The position numbers and the translations under genes are program-made. Below, piece after piece: positions 55,721 through 64,000 of a stretch of 64,000 nt of DNA. Each line of letters starts with the position of its first letter. Positions within the stretch are counted from its first letter, which is position 1. Source of the DNA: an uncultured bacterium (GTDB lineage Bacteria; Cyanobacteriota; Cyanobacteriia; Cyanobacteriales; JAABRE01); contig CAYPSO010000009.1 of the NCBI GenBank assembly GCA_964413275.1, positions 3,399 through 67,398 on the forward strand, in the 5' to 3' direction. The notes beneath the pieces were generated by a model. It saw only the letters and a list, made by a program, of their open reading frames with translations, was not told the DNA's origin and made no database searches.

Positions 55721-57313
55721 ATGACATATAAAAATCAACATCCGATTTTAGCAGCTATTGATATTGGCACTAATTCTATTCACATGGTAATTGTAAAAAT
55801 TGAGCCATCCCTACCTACTTTTACGATTATCGCCACTGAAAAAGATACAGTGAGATTAGGAGAAAGAGATGAACAAACAGGAAACCTAACTGAAATAGCA
55901 ATGCAAAAATCTTTAGCGGCGTTGCAAAGATGTCAAGATTTAGCCAAAAGTTTTGAAGCTGATCGTATTATAGCAGTAGCCACCAGTGCTACCAGAGAAG
56001 CACCCAACGGACAAGAATTTTTACAGAGAATTTATCAAGAATTAGGCTTAACCGTAAATCTTATTTCTGGACAAGAGGAAGCAAGAAGAATATATTTAGG
56101 TGTGCTTTCAGGGATGAATTTTAATGGTCAACCCCATATAATTATTGATATTGGTGGTGGTTCGACAGAATTAATCCTCGCTGATAATGAGCAACCTCGT
56201 TTTTTAAGTAGTACCAAAGTGGGAGCGGTACGTTTAAATAAAGAATTTATTACTACAGATCCTATTAGTAGAATTGAATATGAATATTTAAAAGCATATA
56301 TTAGGGGTATGTTAGAACGTCCTGTTGAACAATTACAAGCAGGAATTGAGATTGGTGAAACTCCTATAATGGTGGGTACATCAGGAACAATTGAAACTTT
56401 AGCTACTATTATTGCTATAGATAAATATGGCACAACTCCTAATCCTTTACATGGGTATAAATTTTATTATCAAGAAATAAAAGAGCTAGTAAAACGCTTT
56501 TGTTCCCTTGATTATTCCCAACGTTACGCTATACCTGGAATGTCAGAAAAACGGGCTGAAATTATTTTAGCAGGGGCAATGATTTTGCGGGAAACTATGT
56601 CTATGTTAAATTTAGATTCTATCACTATCTGCGAACGTGCCTTAAGGGAAGGAATGATCGTCGATTGGATGTTAACCCATGGTTTTATTGAAAATAGATT
56701 GCGCTATCAAGCACAAGTTAGAGAGCGTAGCGTAATTAAAATTGCTCAAAAATATCAAGTCAATTTAGAATATGCTACTAGGAGTGCTCAGTTTGCCCTA
56801 AGTCTTTTTGACCAGACTAAAGGATATTTGCACTTTTGGGGCTCTAAGGAACGAGAATTGCTCTGGGCTGCTGCAATTTTACATAATTGTGGATTATTTG
56901 TTTCCCATGCTTCTCACCATAAACATTCTTATTATTTGATTCGTAATGGAGAATTGTTAGGTTTTACGGAAATAGAAATTGAAATTATTGCTAATTTAGC
57001 TCGTTATCATCGTAAAAGTAAACCCAAGAAAAAACACGATAATTATGGGAATTTACCCGATAAAAATTCTCGACTACAAGTAAATCAACTAAGTGCTATT
57101 TTGCGTTTAGCTATTGCTTTGGATAGAAGACAAATAGGTGCTATTAAAGAGGTTATTTGTGACTATAATGGAACGAATAGGGAGTTGATTATTTATTTAA
57201 TACCTAGTAAGTATGATGATGATTGTGCTTTAGAATTATGGAGTTTAAATTATAAAAAAGATATTTTTGAAGAAGAATATAATCTGAAAGTGTTGGCTGA
57301 GTTAAAATTATAA
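55721..57313 (+). CDS. ppx: Exopolyphosphatase / Ppx-GppA family with C-terminal HD domain
   Basis: LAAIDIGTNSIHMVIV...IIDIGGGSTELI...HNCGLFVSHASHHKHSYYLIRN. Confidence 0.85.
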   Translation: MTYKNQHPILAAIDIGTNSIHMVIVKIEPSLPTFTIIATEKDTVRLGERDEQTGNLTEIAMQKSLAALQRCQDLAKSFEADRIIAVATSATREAPNGQEFLQRIYQELGLTVNLISGQEEARRIYLGVLSGMNFNGQPHIIIDIGGGSTELILADNEQPRFLSSTKVGAVRLNKEFITTDPISRIEYEYLKAYIRGMLERPVEQLQAGIEIGETPIMVGTSGTIETLATIIAIDKYGTTPNPLHGYKFYYQEIKELVKRFCSLDYSQRYAIPGMSEKRAEIILAGAMILRETMSMLNLDSITICERALREGMIVDWMLTHGFIENRLRYQAQVRERSVIKIAQKYQVNLEYATRSAQFALSLFDQTKGYLHFWGSKERELLWAAAILHNCGLFVSHASHHKHSYYLIRNGELLGFTEIEIEIIANLARYHRKSKPKKKHDNYGNLPDKNSRLQVNQLSAILRLAIALDRRQIGAIKEVICDYNGTNRELIIYLIPSKYDDDCALELWSLNYKKDIFEEEYNLKVLAELKL

Positions 57314-57317
57314 ATAA

Positions 57318-58784
57318 ATGAATATATCTCAATTTATGGTTGATGTTCGTGATTCTCTACTTTATGCAACTATTAATGCTACTAATGAAGGACTCTTAGC
57401 CATATATTCTAATGGCAGTAATACTCTACTTAATCAAAGATTTATTGAAATGTGGGGTATTACTGAAGATATTATTAATTTAAAAGATGATGAACAAAAA
57501 ATATTGTTTATTGTTAACCAAGTTAAAAATTCAGAAGCTTTTTTAACTAAAATTCAAGAAATAGAAAAAACGCCAACAATCAGTACCAATGATGTTATTG
57601 AATTAAAAGATGGTAGAGTTTTTGAGATGCAAACTCAACCCCAATATGTTAACCAAGAAGTTATTGGTAGAGTTTGGAATTTTTATGATATTACTGCTAG
57701 AGTTGAGTTAGAAAAAAATCTGCGATCGCAAAATGAAAAAGGCAGATTAATTGCGAAAATTGCCCAGAAAATACGTCAGTCACTCAAAAAAAATGACATT
57801 CTAAATAATACTGTTTCAGAAGTTCGTAATTTTCTTAATACTGACAGAGTATTAATATTTGAACCAAATTCCGATTCCTATGGAGTAATTATTGCAGAAT
57901 CAGTTATCGATCCAAATTTAGCTATTTTACATTTAAAAATATCCGATCCTTGTTTTGGAGAAAAATTGATTGAAGAATATAAACAAGGAAGAATAACTTT
58001 TATTGAAGATATTTATCATTCAGATTTAACTTTATGTCATTTAGAATTTCTTAGTTCTTTGAAAGTAGTTTCTAATTTAGTTGTTCCCATCGTACATGAA
58101 AATCGTTTATGGGGATTATTAATTGCCCATGATTGTCAAAGTAATAGGCAATGGGAAATTCTAGACATAGAATTATTACAGTTTTTAACAACTCAAGTAT
58201 CAATTGCCCTTACCCAAGCTGAATTATTTCACGAATTAGAAGTTGCTAATCAGGAATTACATTATTTAGCATCCATAGATTCTCTGACACAATTAGCTAA
58301 TCGTCGCCGTTTTGAAGAGTTTTTTGAGCGAGAATGGCAACGTATGTCTAGAGAAAAACAACCTTTATCAATTATTCTTTGTGATGTGGATTATTTTAAA
58401 CTTTATAATGATAATTATGGACATCAAGCGGGAGATAGTTGTCTTCAACAAATAGCAGTAGTGCTTTCTCAATCCATTAGAAGGCCAGCAGACACAGTAG
58501 CACGTTATGGTGGCGAAGAGTTTATTATTATTCTCCCAAATACTGATACTAATGGTGCAATTTATATAGGTGAAAAAATTAGAAAAAATGTGGAAAATCT
58601 TCAATTAAATCATAATTATTCACCTATAAGTGACTATGTTACTATTAGTATAGGGGTAAGCACTATTATCCCAACTAAAGAAATTGTATTACGAGAAATA
58701 ATAAAATCTGCCGATCAAGGTTTATATAAAGCTAAAGCTAAGGGCAGAAATTGTGTATTTTTTCAGAAAATAGAAAATAATTAA
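57318..58784 (+). CDS. PAS-GAF-GGDEF diguanylate cyclase (active site and I-site intact)
   Basis: RYGGEEF, with RPAD five residues upstream. GAF-like region (LNTDRVLIFEP...WGLLIAHDC). The start lies 4 nt after the ppx stop. Confidence 0.85.
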   Translation: MNISQFMVDVRDSLLYATINATNEGLLAIYSNGSNTLLNQRFIEMWGITEDIINLKDDEQKILFIVNQVKNSEAFLTKIQEIEKTPTISTNDVIELKDGRVFEMQTQPQYVNQEVIGRVWNFYDITARVELEKNLRSQNEKGRLIAKIAQKIRQSLKKNDILNNTVSEVRNFLNTDRVLIFEPNSDSYGVIIAESVIDPNLAILHLKISDPCFGEKLIEEYKQGRITFIEDIYHSDLTLCHLEFLSSLKVVSNLVVPIVHENRLWGLLIAHDCQSNRQWEILDIELLQFLTTQVSIALTQAELFHELEVANQELHYLASIDSLTQLANRRRFEEFFEREWQRMSREKQPLSIILCDVDYFKLYNDNYGHQAGDSCLQQIAVVLSQSIRRPADTVARYGGEEFIIILPNTDTNGAIYIGEKIRKNVENLQLNHNYSPISDYVTISIGVSTIIPTKEIVLREIIKSADQGLYKAKAKGRNCVFFQKIENN

Positions 58785-58834
58785 TTTATTGTTATTAGAT
58801 TGGTAATTTCTTTTAATATTCGATTGGGAGGATT

Positions 58835-58969
58835 TTAATCAGTCTGGGAGGAAATGGCTTTTCTTAGCATATCTCCTGTAGAAATTATCTCATTACCTTG
58901 GGATTGAGATAATTTTTCTGATTGTGTACCTTTTCCCGCTCCGGGGCTTACTAAGATGATTAATCTCAC
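58835..58969 (-). pseudogene. adk: Adenylate kinase N-terminal remnant (44 codons, GTG start)
   Basis: My minus-strand translation is [44 protein letters not shown]. It has the P-loop GxxGxGKGTQ and the ISTGDMLR motif of Adk, then ends. Nothing Adk-like follows. Confidence 0.6.
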
Positions 58970-59131
58970 AACTAATTTTACTCCTAATCTAATTTTTAAT
59001 AAAATTTAAGCTTTCCATAAAACTAAATGTAGCTTATGGATTGGATTATCTCACCCATTGAAGATAGATCGTAATCTATATTTAGTGTTTTATTCGAGTT
59101 ATAATCAATTAACTACACCATATATTGGTGT

Positions 59132-59725
59132 TTGGGCTTATTACCTAATCCCTACGAATTAAGATTATTAGATTATATGATTGCACAACTCAAAACAACT
59201 ATCGAATCCCCCTTTTCTCCCTCACCCTACAAGATTGAGGGATTAATACATATATTTACCAGCATCCATCGTGATTTTTATACTGATGTGATTGTTCAGG
59301 CTTTAAGAATAGCAGGTAATGGTAGATCTGTATTAGTAGTACAATTTCTCAAAGGAGGAATTAAACAAGGGCCAAATCGTCCAGTGAAATTAGGACAACA
59401 TTGTGACTGGTTAAGATGCGATTTATCCCGTTATATTGACACTCCTAATTTAGAAGCTGAAGAAATCGAAGCTTTACAAAATTTATGGCAAAACACAAAA
59501 AAAATAGTTCTGGAAGGGAATTATTCTTTAGTAATTTTAGAGGACTTAAGTTTAGCTATTAATTTTGGTTTAATTCCAGAAGATGAAGTAATTGATGTTT
59601 TACAAAAACGGCCTAATCATATAGATATTATTTTAACAGGCCAAGAAATGCCAGAAACTATCCTAGAAATGGCAGATCAAATTACCCAAGTTCGTCGCAG
59701 TTATAGTAGTTCTCGTATTATCTAA
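59132..59725 (+). CDS. CobA/CobO/BtuR-family (corrinoid adenosyltransferase-like) protein with a degenerate P-loop; TTG start
   Basis: GLIHIFTSIHRDFYTDVIVQALRIAGNGRSVLVVQFLKGG. The canonical family has G-N-G-K-G-K-T/S-T where this protein has SIHRDFYT. Confidence 0.6.
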   Translation: MGLLPNPYELRLLDYMIAQLKTTIESPFSPSPYKIEGLIHIFTSIHRDFYTDVIVQALRIAGNGRSVLVVQFLKGGIKQGPNRPVKLGQHCDWLRCDLSRYIDTPNLEAEEIEALQNLWQNTKKIVLEGNYSLVILEDLSLAINFGLIPEDEVIDVLQKRPNHIDIILTGQEMPETILEMADQITQVRRSYSSSRII

Positions 59726-59885
59726 ACTGAGAATTTTAGCTTTTGTGTATCTAATTTGTAAAATTTTTGCGGGTATTTTAGCCCGCATTTTTAATTTTTA
59801 TATCGAAGTAAAGAAATTATTTTTATCGAAGTGGGATATAACGGGGAAATAGCAATAGAAATTAACAAACAAGGAGATTTTATCT

Positions 59886-60086
59886 ATGTCTAAACCTATT
59901 GAAAAAATGAGTTTAACCGAACTTAGACAATATATGTTTGAACATCGAAACCAAGAAACAGAATGGGAAAAAGCGTATGATTGATTTAGGAAAAAAGCAG
60001 AATGGAATCGCATTCCTAGTGGTACGATATTATCTGAAGAAATAAAAATTATTAAAGATGTAATTGCCAGAAAAACCCAAAAATAA
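59886..60086 (+). pseudogene. Small (66-codon) ORF interrupted by one in-frame TGA at 59982-59984
   Basis: MSKPIEKMSLTELRQYMFEHRNQETEWEKAYD*FRKKAEWNRIPSGTILSEEIKIIKDVIARKTQK*. I checked that both halves share one frame. The track ORF 59798..60013 (-) is its antisense shadow. Confidence 0.45.
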
Positions 60087-60181
60087 ATAGACTTATTGTC
60101 ATGCCTTTATCTCTATAGATATTGAACAAGACAATTTACTATTAATTATCATTTTCAGATTAAATTATTAGGAAAAAGTTA

Positions 60182-60808
60182 ATGGTACAAGCTATAACAA
60201 AATCAATAACTTTTACAGAATTTGTCGAGGGGAAACCAGACGGAGTAAATTATGAATTACATAATGGGGTAATCAGAGAAATGCAGCCCAGGGGAAAGCA
60301 TGAAGAAATAATTGGGTTTTTAGCTACCGAATTTACTCTAGAATTTCGTCGTTTAAATTTATCATATTTTATTCCTAAGCAAGCCTTAGTCAAAGTCCCA
60401 AATAATGAAACGGGTTATTCTCCTGATATTTTAATATTAAATCGAGATAAATTAGTCCATGAATCTCTCTGGGAAAAATACTCTACCGTGCAAACAAAGG
60501 ATTCAATTCCTTTAGTAGTGGAAATTGTTAGTAGTAATTGGCGAGATGATTATTTGACCAAGCTTAGAGATTACGAAGAAATTGGAATTCAGGAATATTG
60601 GATTGTGGATTATTTGGGGTTAGGAGGTAAGCGATATATTGGTAATCCCAAAGAGCCTACTATTTCTATTTATTCTTTAATTGATGGAGAGTATCAAGTT
60701 AGTCAATTTAAACAAAACGATGTAATTATTTCTCCTAGTTTTTTAGACTTAAATTTAACAGTGGAACAAATTTTAAATTGTGGCTTAAGAAACTATCCGC
60801 AAAAGTGA
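60182..60808 (+). CDS. Uma2-family endonuclease-like protein, copy 4 of 4
   Basis: YELHNGVIREMQPRGKHE...PDILILN...LVVEIVSSNWRDDYLTKLRDYEEIGIQEYWIVDY. Confidence 0.85.
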   Translation: MVQAITKSITFTEFVEGKPDGVNYELHNGVIREMQPRGKHEEIIGFLATEFTLEFRRLNLSYFIPKQALVKVPNNETGYSPDILILNRDKLVHESLWEKYSTVQTKDSIPLVVEIVSSNWRDDYLTKLRDYEEIGIQEYWIVDYLGLGGKRYIGNPKEPTISIYSLIDGEYQVSQFKQNDVIISPSFLDLNLTVEQILNCGLRNYPQK

Positions 60809-60834
60809 TTATTTCTTATGATTAATCAGGAAAG

Positions 60835-60897
60835 GTAGGGTGGGCAAATATTTTGAAATTTTGTCTAACAACAAGTACGATAAATAATTTGCCCACC
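60835..60897. repeat. GTAGGGTGGGCAAAT...ATTTGCCCACC inverted repeat with a ~38-nt spacer ('GGTGGGCA' family, long form)
   Basis: Read directly, between convergent genes. Confidence 0.7.
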
Positions 60898-60950
60898 ACA
60901 AGTAAAGATAGGTTTATTCTTTTGAAAACTACCTTAATACCTGCTAAAAA

Positions 60951-61844
60951 TTAAATTTCTGCGATCGCCCTTTGAATTAAACGACGAGCTAAAGTTTGAG
61001 TACCAGTATGTTCGTAATAGTTAGTAGTCATATCCAAAAAAGCAGCCACATAATCTAACTTACTTTCAGAAAATTCTACAAAGCCTTGAAGATTACTAAA
61101 AACCTTTTGAGGAGTTAAATTGCGATCGCTGACAAAACTACTCATCCAACCAGTAACACCGCCAAAAGCATTACCAATAAAGGCTAACTTATCATCAGTA
61201 CCTCCTCCCGGTATCAAATGACTAATACTGCCAAAAATTGGATTACTTTTTAATTCATTACCGTTTAAATTATTAAGCACAGATTCAGTTTTGATAATAA
61301 AATCCGGCCCTAAAGGCACTAAACCATCAATACAAACTAAAGCCGCCAGACGCATTAAAGACTCACCGCTATAGTCACCTAAAGCACCGACAAAATCCCC
61401 AATACTGTCTCCGGGGATACCATTAATTTGACAAAAAGCCAATAACTCCGCCACTAATTTTAAAGATAAATCGATCGCCTGAGCTTTATCTGGATTGGGA
61501 GTGAGCTTATTAATAAAACCGAGTAAAGGGATTTTTTCCCCTACCTTATTAGCCAAAGCCGCACTAGCTAAAGCATAATCAGCCTTATCTACAGTTTGAT
61601 AGAGCCACATAGCCGTTTGATAGCCTTGGGACTTATCATTATAAAGCCAAACCGAGCGATCGCCGATTTCCTGAATCAAAGCTTCATCAGTTTCATTGGT
61701 CACATGACGGATAGTATTTTCAAAACCAACAATATTTTGCCATTGCCCTGGTACGACAAAATCAAGAGAATTGAGTACCATCACCGTAATATTATTAGTT
61801 GGTAACTCATCGACTAATTCAAAAATAGCCTTACTCACAAACAA
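60951..61844 (-). CDS. Hypothetical protein (soluble, Gly-rich loops)
   Basis: 297-aa ORF starting 4 nt after the stop of the upstream lipoprotein gene. AAGGAG lies before a GTG two codons in. No motif recognised. Confidence 0.5.
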   Translation of the reverse strand: MFVSKAIFELVDELPTNNITVMVLNSLDFVVPGQWQNIVGFENTIRHVTNETDEALIQEIGDRSVWLYNDKSQGYQTAMWLYQTVDKADYALASAALANKVGEKIPLLGFINKLTPNPDKAQAIDLSLKLVAELLAFCQINGIPGDSIGDFVGALGDYSGESLMRLAALVCIDGLVPLGPDFIIKTESVLNNLNGNELKSNPIFGSISHLIPGGGTDDKLAFIGNAFGGVTGWMSSFVSDRNLTPQKVFSNLQGFVEFSESKLDYVAAFLDMTTNYYEHTGTQTLARRLIQRAIAEI

Positions 61845-61848
61845 CTCC

Positions 61849-62424
61849 TTATTTAACTAAAGCTGCTAAACCATTAATATCGAACTTAGTCAACCAAGCC
61901 TTGCGCTCGTCTTCGGTAAAATTAGGATCGATAGAAAGCACCTTAACCTGAAAACGATCGGCTACCAAAATAGTGCTACCTCCACTACCTTGTTTAGCGA
62001 ACTTAATCGTAGGATAACCCGGCAAATATTCCGTACTTTCATTAAACTTATTAACAGCACGAGGATTGTTAAGAATATCGGAAATAGATAATAAAGCTAT
62101 ATCCTGATTATCCTGTTTTAACTTGGCCTCAGCAAAACCACTTTTTTCTTGGGTATATACCCTTTCATAACCGCCCCCAGAAGGAGGAAAAAACTTATTA
62201 AAACTACTTCCGGGTAGAGCTTCCTTAACAACAGCACTGTTACCTTGACTTTGTTGTTGTGCATCCTCAAAACGAGAAGGAGGCTCAGAGGCACAAGAAG
62301 TTATGAAAAGCAAAATTGCTAAGAATACCGGCAGCACCTGCTTAGCAGGAATCAAAATGATATTTTTAGTAAACAATTTGCGTAAACTAGGCATAAACAT
62401 TATTTCTCTCATAAACAAATGCAC
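61849..62424 (-). CDS. Putative lipoprotein (the true start is probably an internal Met near 62394-62400)
   Basis: Signal peptide with a lipobox (AILLFITSCASEPP). The annotated 5' end overlaps the divergent GT gene by 6 nt. Confidence 0.55.
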   Translation of the reverse strand: MHLFMREIMFMPSLRKLFTKNIILIPAKQVLPVFLAILLFITSCASEPPSRFEDAQQQSQGNSAVVKEALPGSSFNKFFPPSGGGYERVYTQEKSGFAEAKLKQDNQDIALLSISDILNNPRAVNKFNESTEYLPGYPTIKFAKQGSGGSTILVADRFQVKVLSIDPNFTEDERKAWLTKFDINGLAALVK

Positions 62425-63648
62425 ATTCTTATCTATTCTTACAATTATTATCCCGAACCGATCGGTATTGCTCCCCTAATGACGGAATTAGCCGAAGGTT
62501 TAGTAAAACGACAACACCAAGTACGGGTTATCACAGCTATGCCCTGGTATCCCGAAGGAGAGATATATCCAGAATATCAGGGTAAATACTATTTAACCGA
62601 AGAACGTAATGGAGTAAATATTCAAAGATGTTATATTTGGACTCGTAAAGAGCGAAACTTGAAAAACCGAGCCTTATTTGAACTTAGTTTTATCGGATTG
62701 AGTTTTTTACAAGCCCTTAAAGGATGGAAACCAGATGTTATTTTATTGACCATACCGGGTTTACCTGTATGTCTTCCAGCTACGCTTTTAAGCCGAATAT
62801 ATCGCACTCCTACAGTATTAAATCTACAAGATATTTTACCTGATGCCGCAGTTCATGTGGGATTAATTAATAATGAAAAATTGGTTAAGGTTCTTTCTGC
62901 TATAGAAAAATTTGCTTATAAAAATGCTACTAAAATTAGTGTAATTGCCGATGGTTTTACCAAAAATATCACCGAAAAAGGCGTACCTTTAGATAAAATA
63001 ATTGAAATTCCCAACTGGGTTGATATTAATTTTATTAAACCTTTATCCCAAGAAAATAACTATTTTCGCCAAGAATATCAATTAGAAAATAAATTTATTG
63101 TGCAGTATTCTGGAAATATTGCCCTTACCCAAGGTTTAGAAACTGTGATTGATGCCGCAAAAATCTTAGAACCAATCCAAGATATTGTAGTAGTAATTGT
63201 TGGAGAACAAAAAGCCTTAAAAAGATTAGATAAATATTGTCAAGAAAAAGAAATAAGTAATGTTAAATTAATTCCTTTTCAACCAAGGGAAAAACTACCA
63301 GAAATGTTGGCTGCCGCCGATATAGGATTAGTAGTACAAAAAAGTAATGTAATATCTTTTAATATGCCCTCAAAAATTCAAGTATTATTAGCAAGTGGAC
63401 GAGCCATAATTGCCTCAGTACCTGATACTGGTACGGCTGCAAGAGCGATTAAAAATAGTGAAGGAGGTTTAGTAGTTCCTCCAGAAAATTCAGAAGCGTT
63501 AGCCGCAGCAATACAAGAATTATATAATAATAGAGAAAAACTTAAGATTTTAGGAGAAAAAGCTCGAAGATATGCAGAAACTCATTATAGTTTTGAATTA
63601 GTTTTAGATCGATACGAAAAATTGTTTAATCAACTTATTAGCAGTTAG
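62419..63648 (+). CDS. GT4 glycosyltransferase, WcaI-like
   Basis: MHILIYSYNYYPEPIGIAPLMTELAEGL...with the C-terminal EX7E-type region (SEGGLVVPPENSEAL). Confidence 0.8.
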   Translation: MHILIYSYNYYPEPIGIAPLMTELAEGLVKRQHQVRVITAMPWYPEGEIYPEYQGKYYLTEERNGVNIQRCYIWTRKERNLKNRALFELSFIGLSFLQALKGWKPDVILLTIPGLPVCLPATLLSRIYRTPTVLNLQDILPDAAVHVGLINNEKLVKVLSAIEKFAYKNATKISVIADGFTKNITEKGVPLDKIIEIPNWVDINFIKPLSQENNYFRQEYQLENKFIVQYSGNIALTQGLETVIDAAKILEPIQDIVVVIVGEQKALKRLDKYCQEKEISNVKLIPFQPREKLPEMLAAADIGLVVQKSNVISFNMPSKIQVLLASGRAIIASVPDTGTAARAIKNSEGGLVVPPENSEALAAAIQELYNNREKLKILGEKARRYAETHYSFELVLDRYEKLFNQLISS

Positions 63649-63760
63649 CTGTTAGCTTTTAGCTTTTAGCTTTTAGCTTTTAGCTTTTAGCGGTTGTCAT
63701 TTATCATATCAGTTATTCATTTAACTGTTCAATGTTTAATGTTCAATGTTCAATGAAAAA
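63643..63760 (-). repeat. Composite STRR-like element, inverted copy of 28880-29000
   Basis: The reverse complement reads TTTTTCATTGAACATTGAACATTAAACATTGAACAG...GATAAATG...(GCTAAAA)n. The array begins at the GT gene's stop codon. Confidence 0.8.
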
Positions 63761-63819
63761 CCCATCTTGTCTTCCCCTACATCCTATTACCTCTTATCTC
63801 TTCCCCCTCTGTTGAAAAA

Positions 63820-63853
63820 AGTGGGACAGACATATCGCCTACCCCACCTTTTT
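63820..63853. terminator. Bidirectional Rho-independent-type terminator
   Basis: GTGGGACAG-N9-CTACCCCAC stem (9 bp including 2 G-U pairs), flanked by A6 on the left and T6 on the right. It lies between the convergent GT gene and apcD. Confidence 0.55.
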
Positions 63854-63896
63854 TAAGAAAAAATTGAAGCTAATCGCTAATCGCTAATCGCTATAA

Positions 63897-64000
63897 TTAA
63901 GACATTGATTGAATAATGAAATCAAAATATGGGCCTGCGGCTGCTGCATCTTCGATACTTAACAAGCCTAAAGCAACATCCTTTAAACAACCAATGGCTT
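63897..64000 (-). CDS. apcD: Allophycocyanin alpha-B-like subunit, C-terminal 33 codons only (the gene continues beyond the window)
   Basis: The minus-strand translation ...[33 protein letters not shown] matches the ApcD/ApcA C-terminal pattern (..LKDAALGLLSAEDA...APYFDYIIQ.MS). Confidence 0.6.
   Translation of the reverse strand, partial: AIGCLKDVALGLLSIEDAAAAGPYFDFIIQSMS

Noticed and set aside
59798-60013. Track ORF 59798..60013 (-)
   Set aside because: It lies antisense to the better-supported small + strand ORF (59886..60086). The sequence is Phe/Ser/Ile-rich with no motif.

Overview
Chromosomal segment of a low-G+C cyanobacterium rich in HIP1 (GCGATCGC). It is probably unicellular and moderately halotolerant, and a Cyanobacterium/Geminocystis-like origin is my guess only. 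Diagnostic genes are the apcD 3' tip at the right edge, btpA, cyanobacterial-type rpoZ, a VKOR-thioredoxin fusion, 4-hydroxybenzoate prenyltransferase and ggpS-glpD. I can support about 57 protein-coding genes, one tRNA (Pro-GGG), the RNase P RNA gene and five gene remnants or pseudogenes. There is also a dense layer of small repeats: 7-nt STRR-like arrays at most gene 3' ends and two palindrome families. There is no CRISPR array, rRNA or intact mobile element. Most of the window is housekeeping: cobalamin (cobL, cobH, a CobO-like gene), ureE/ureF, hisH, holA, dusA, rnc, ppx and paired M16 peptidases. Items most worth a second look: (1) an N-acyl-amino-acid-synthase-like acyltransferase plus VAO-type flavoprotein pair, sitting beside a divergent GT/MFS pair and a JmjC hydroxylase (46.2-52.6 kb). 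(2) A 1302-aa molybdopterin oxidoreductase fused to an unrecognised ~370-aa region and an Nfu/NifU-C domain, preceded by a P-loop/DRTGG protein (8.9-14.4 kb). (3) A G+C-richer ~2-kb islet with a DUF2971 gene and vapBC, each preceded by the same ~81-nt repeat and bordered by a GC-rich nested hairpin (18.05-20.0 kb). (4) rnpB whose P12 helix is built from a heptamer-repeat element that also occurs intergenically in this window. (5) An ArsB-family permease translationally coupled to ureE-ureF. (6) A divergent F1-beta gene that may begin an N-type ATPase operon. All family calls come from reading the translations and recalling motifs; no database search was run.
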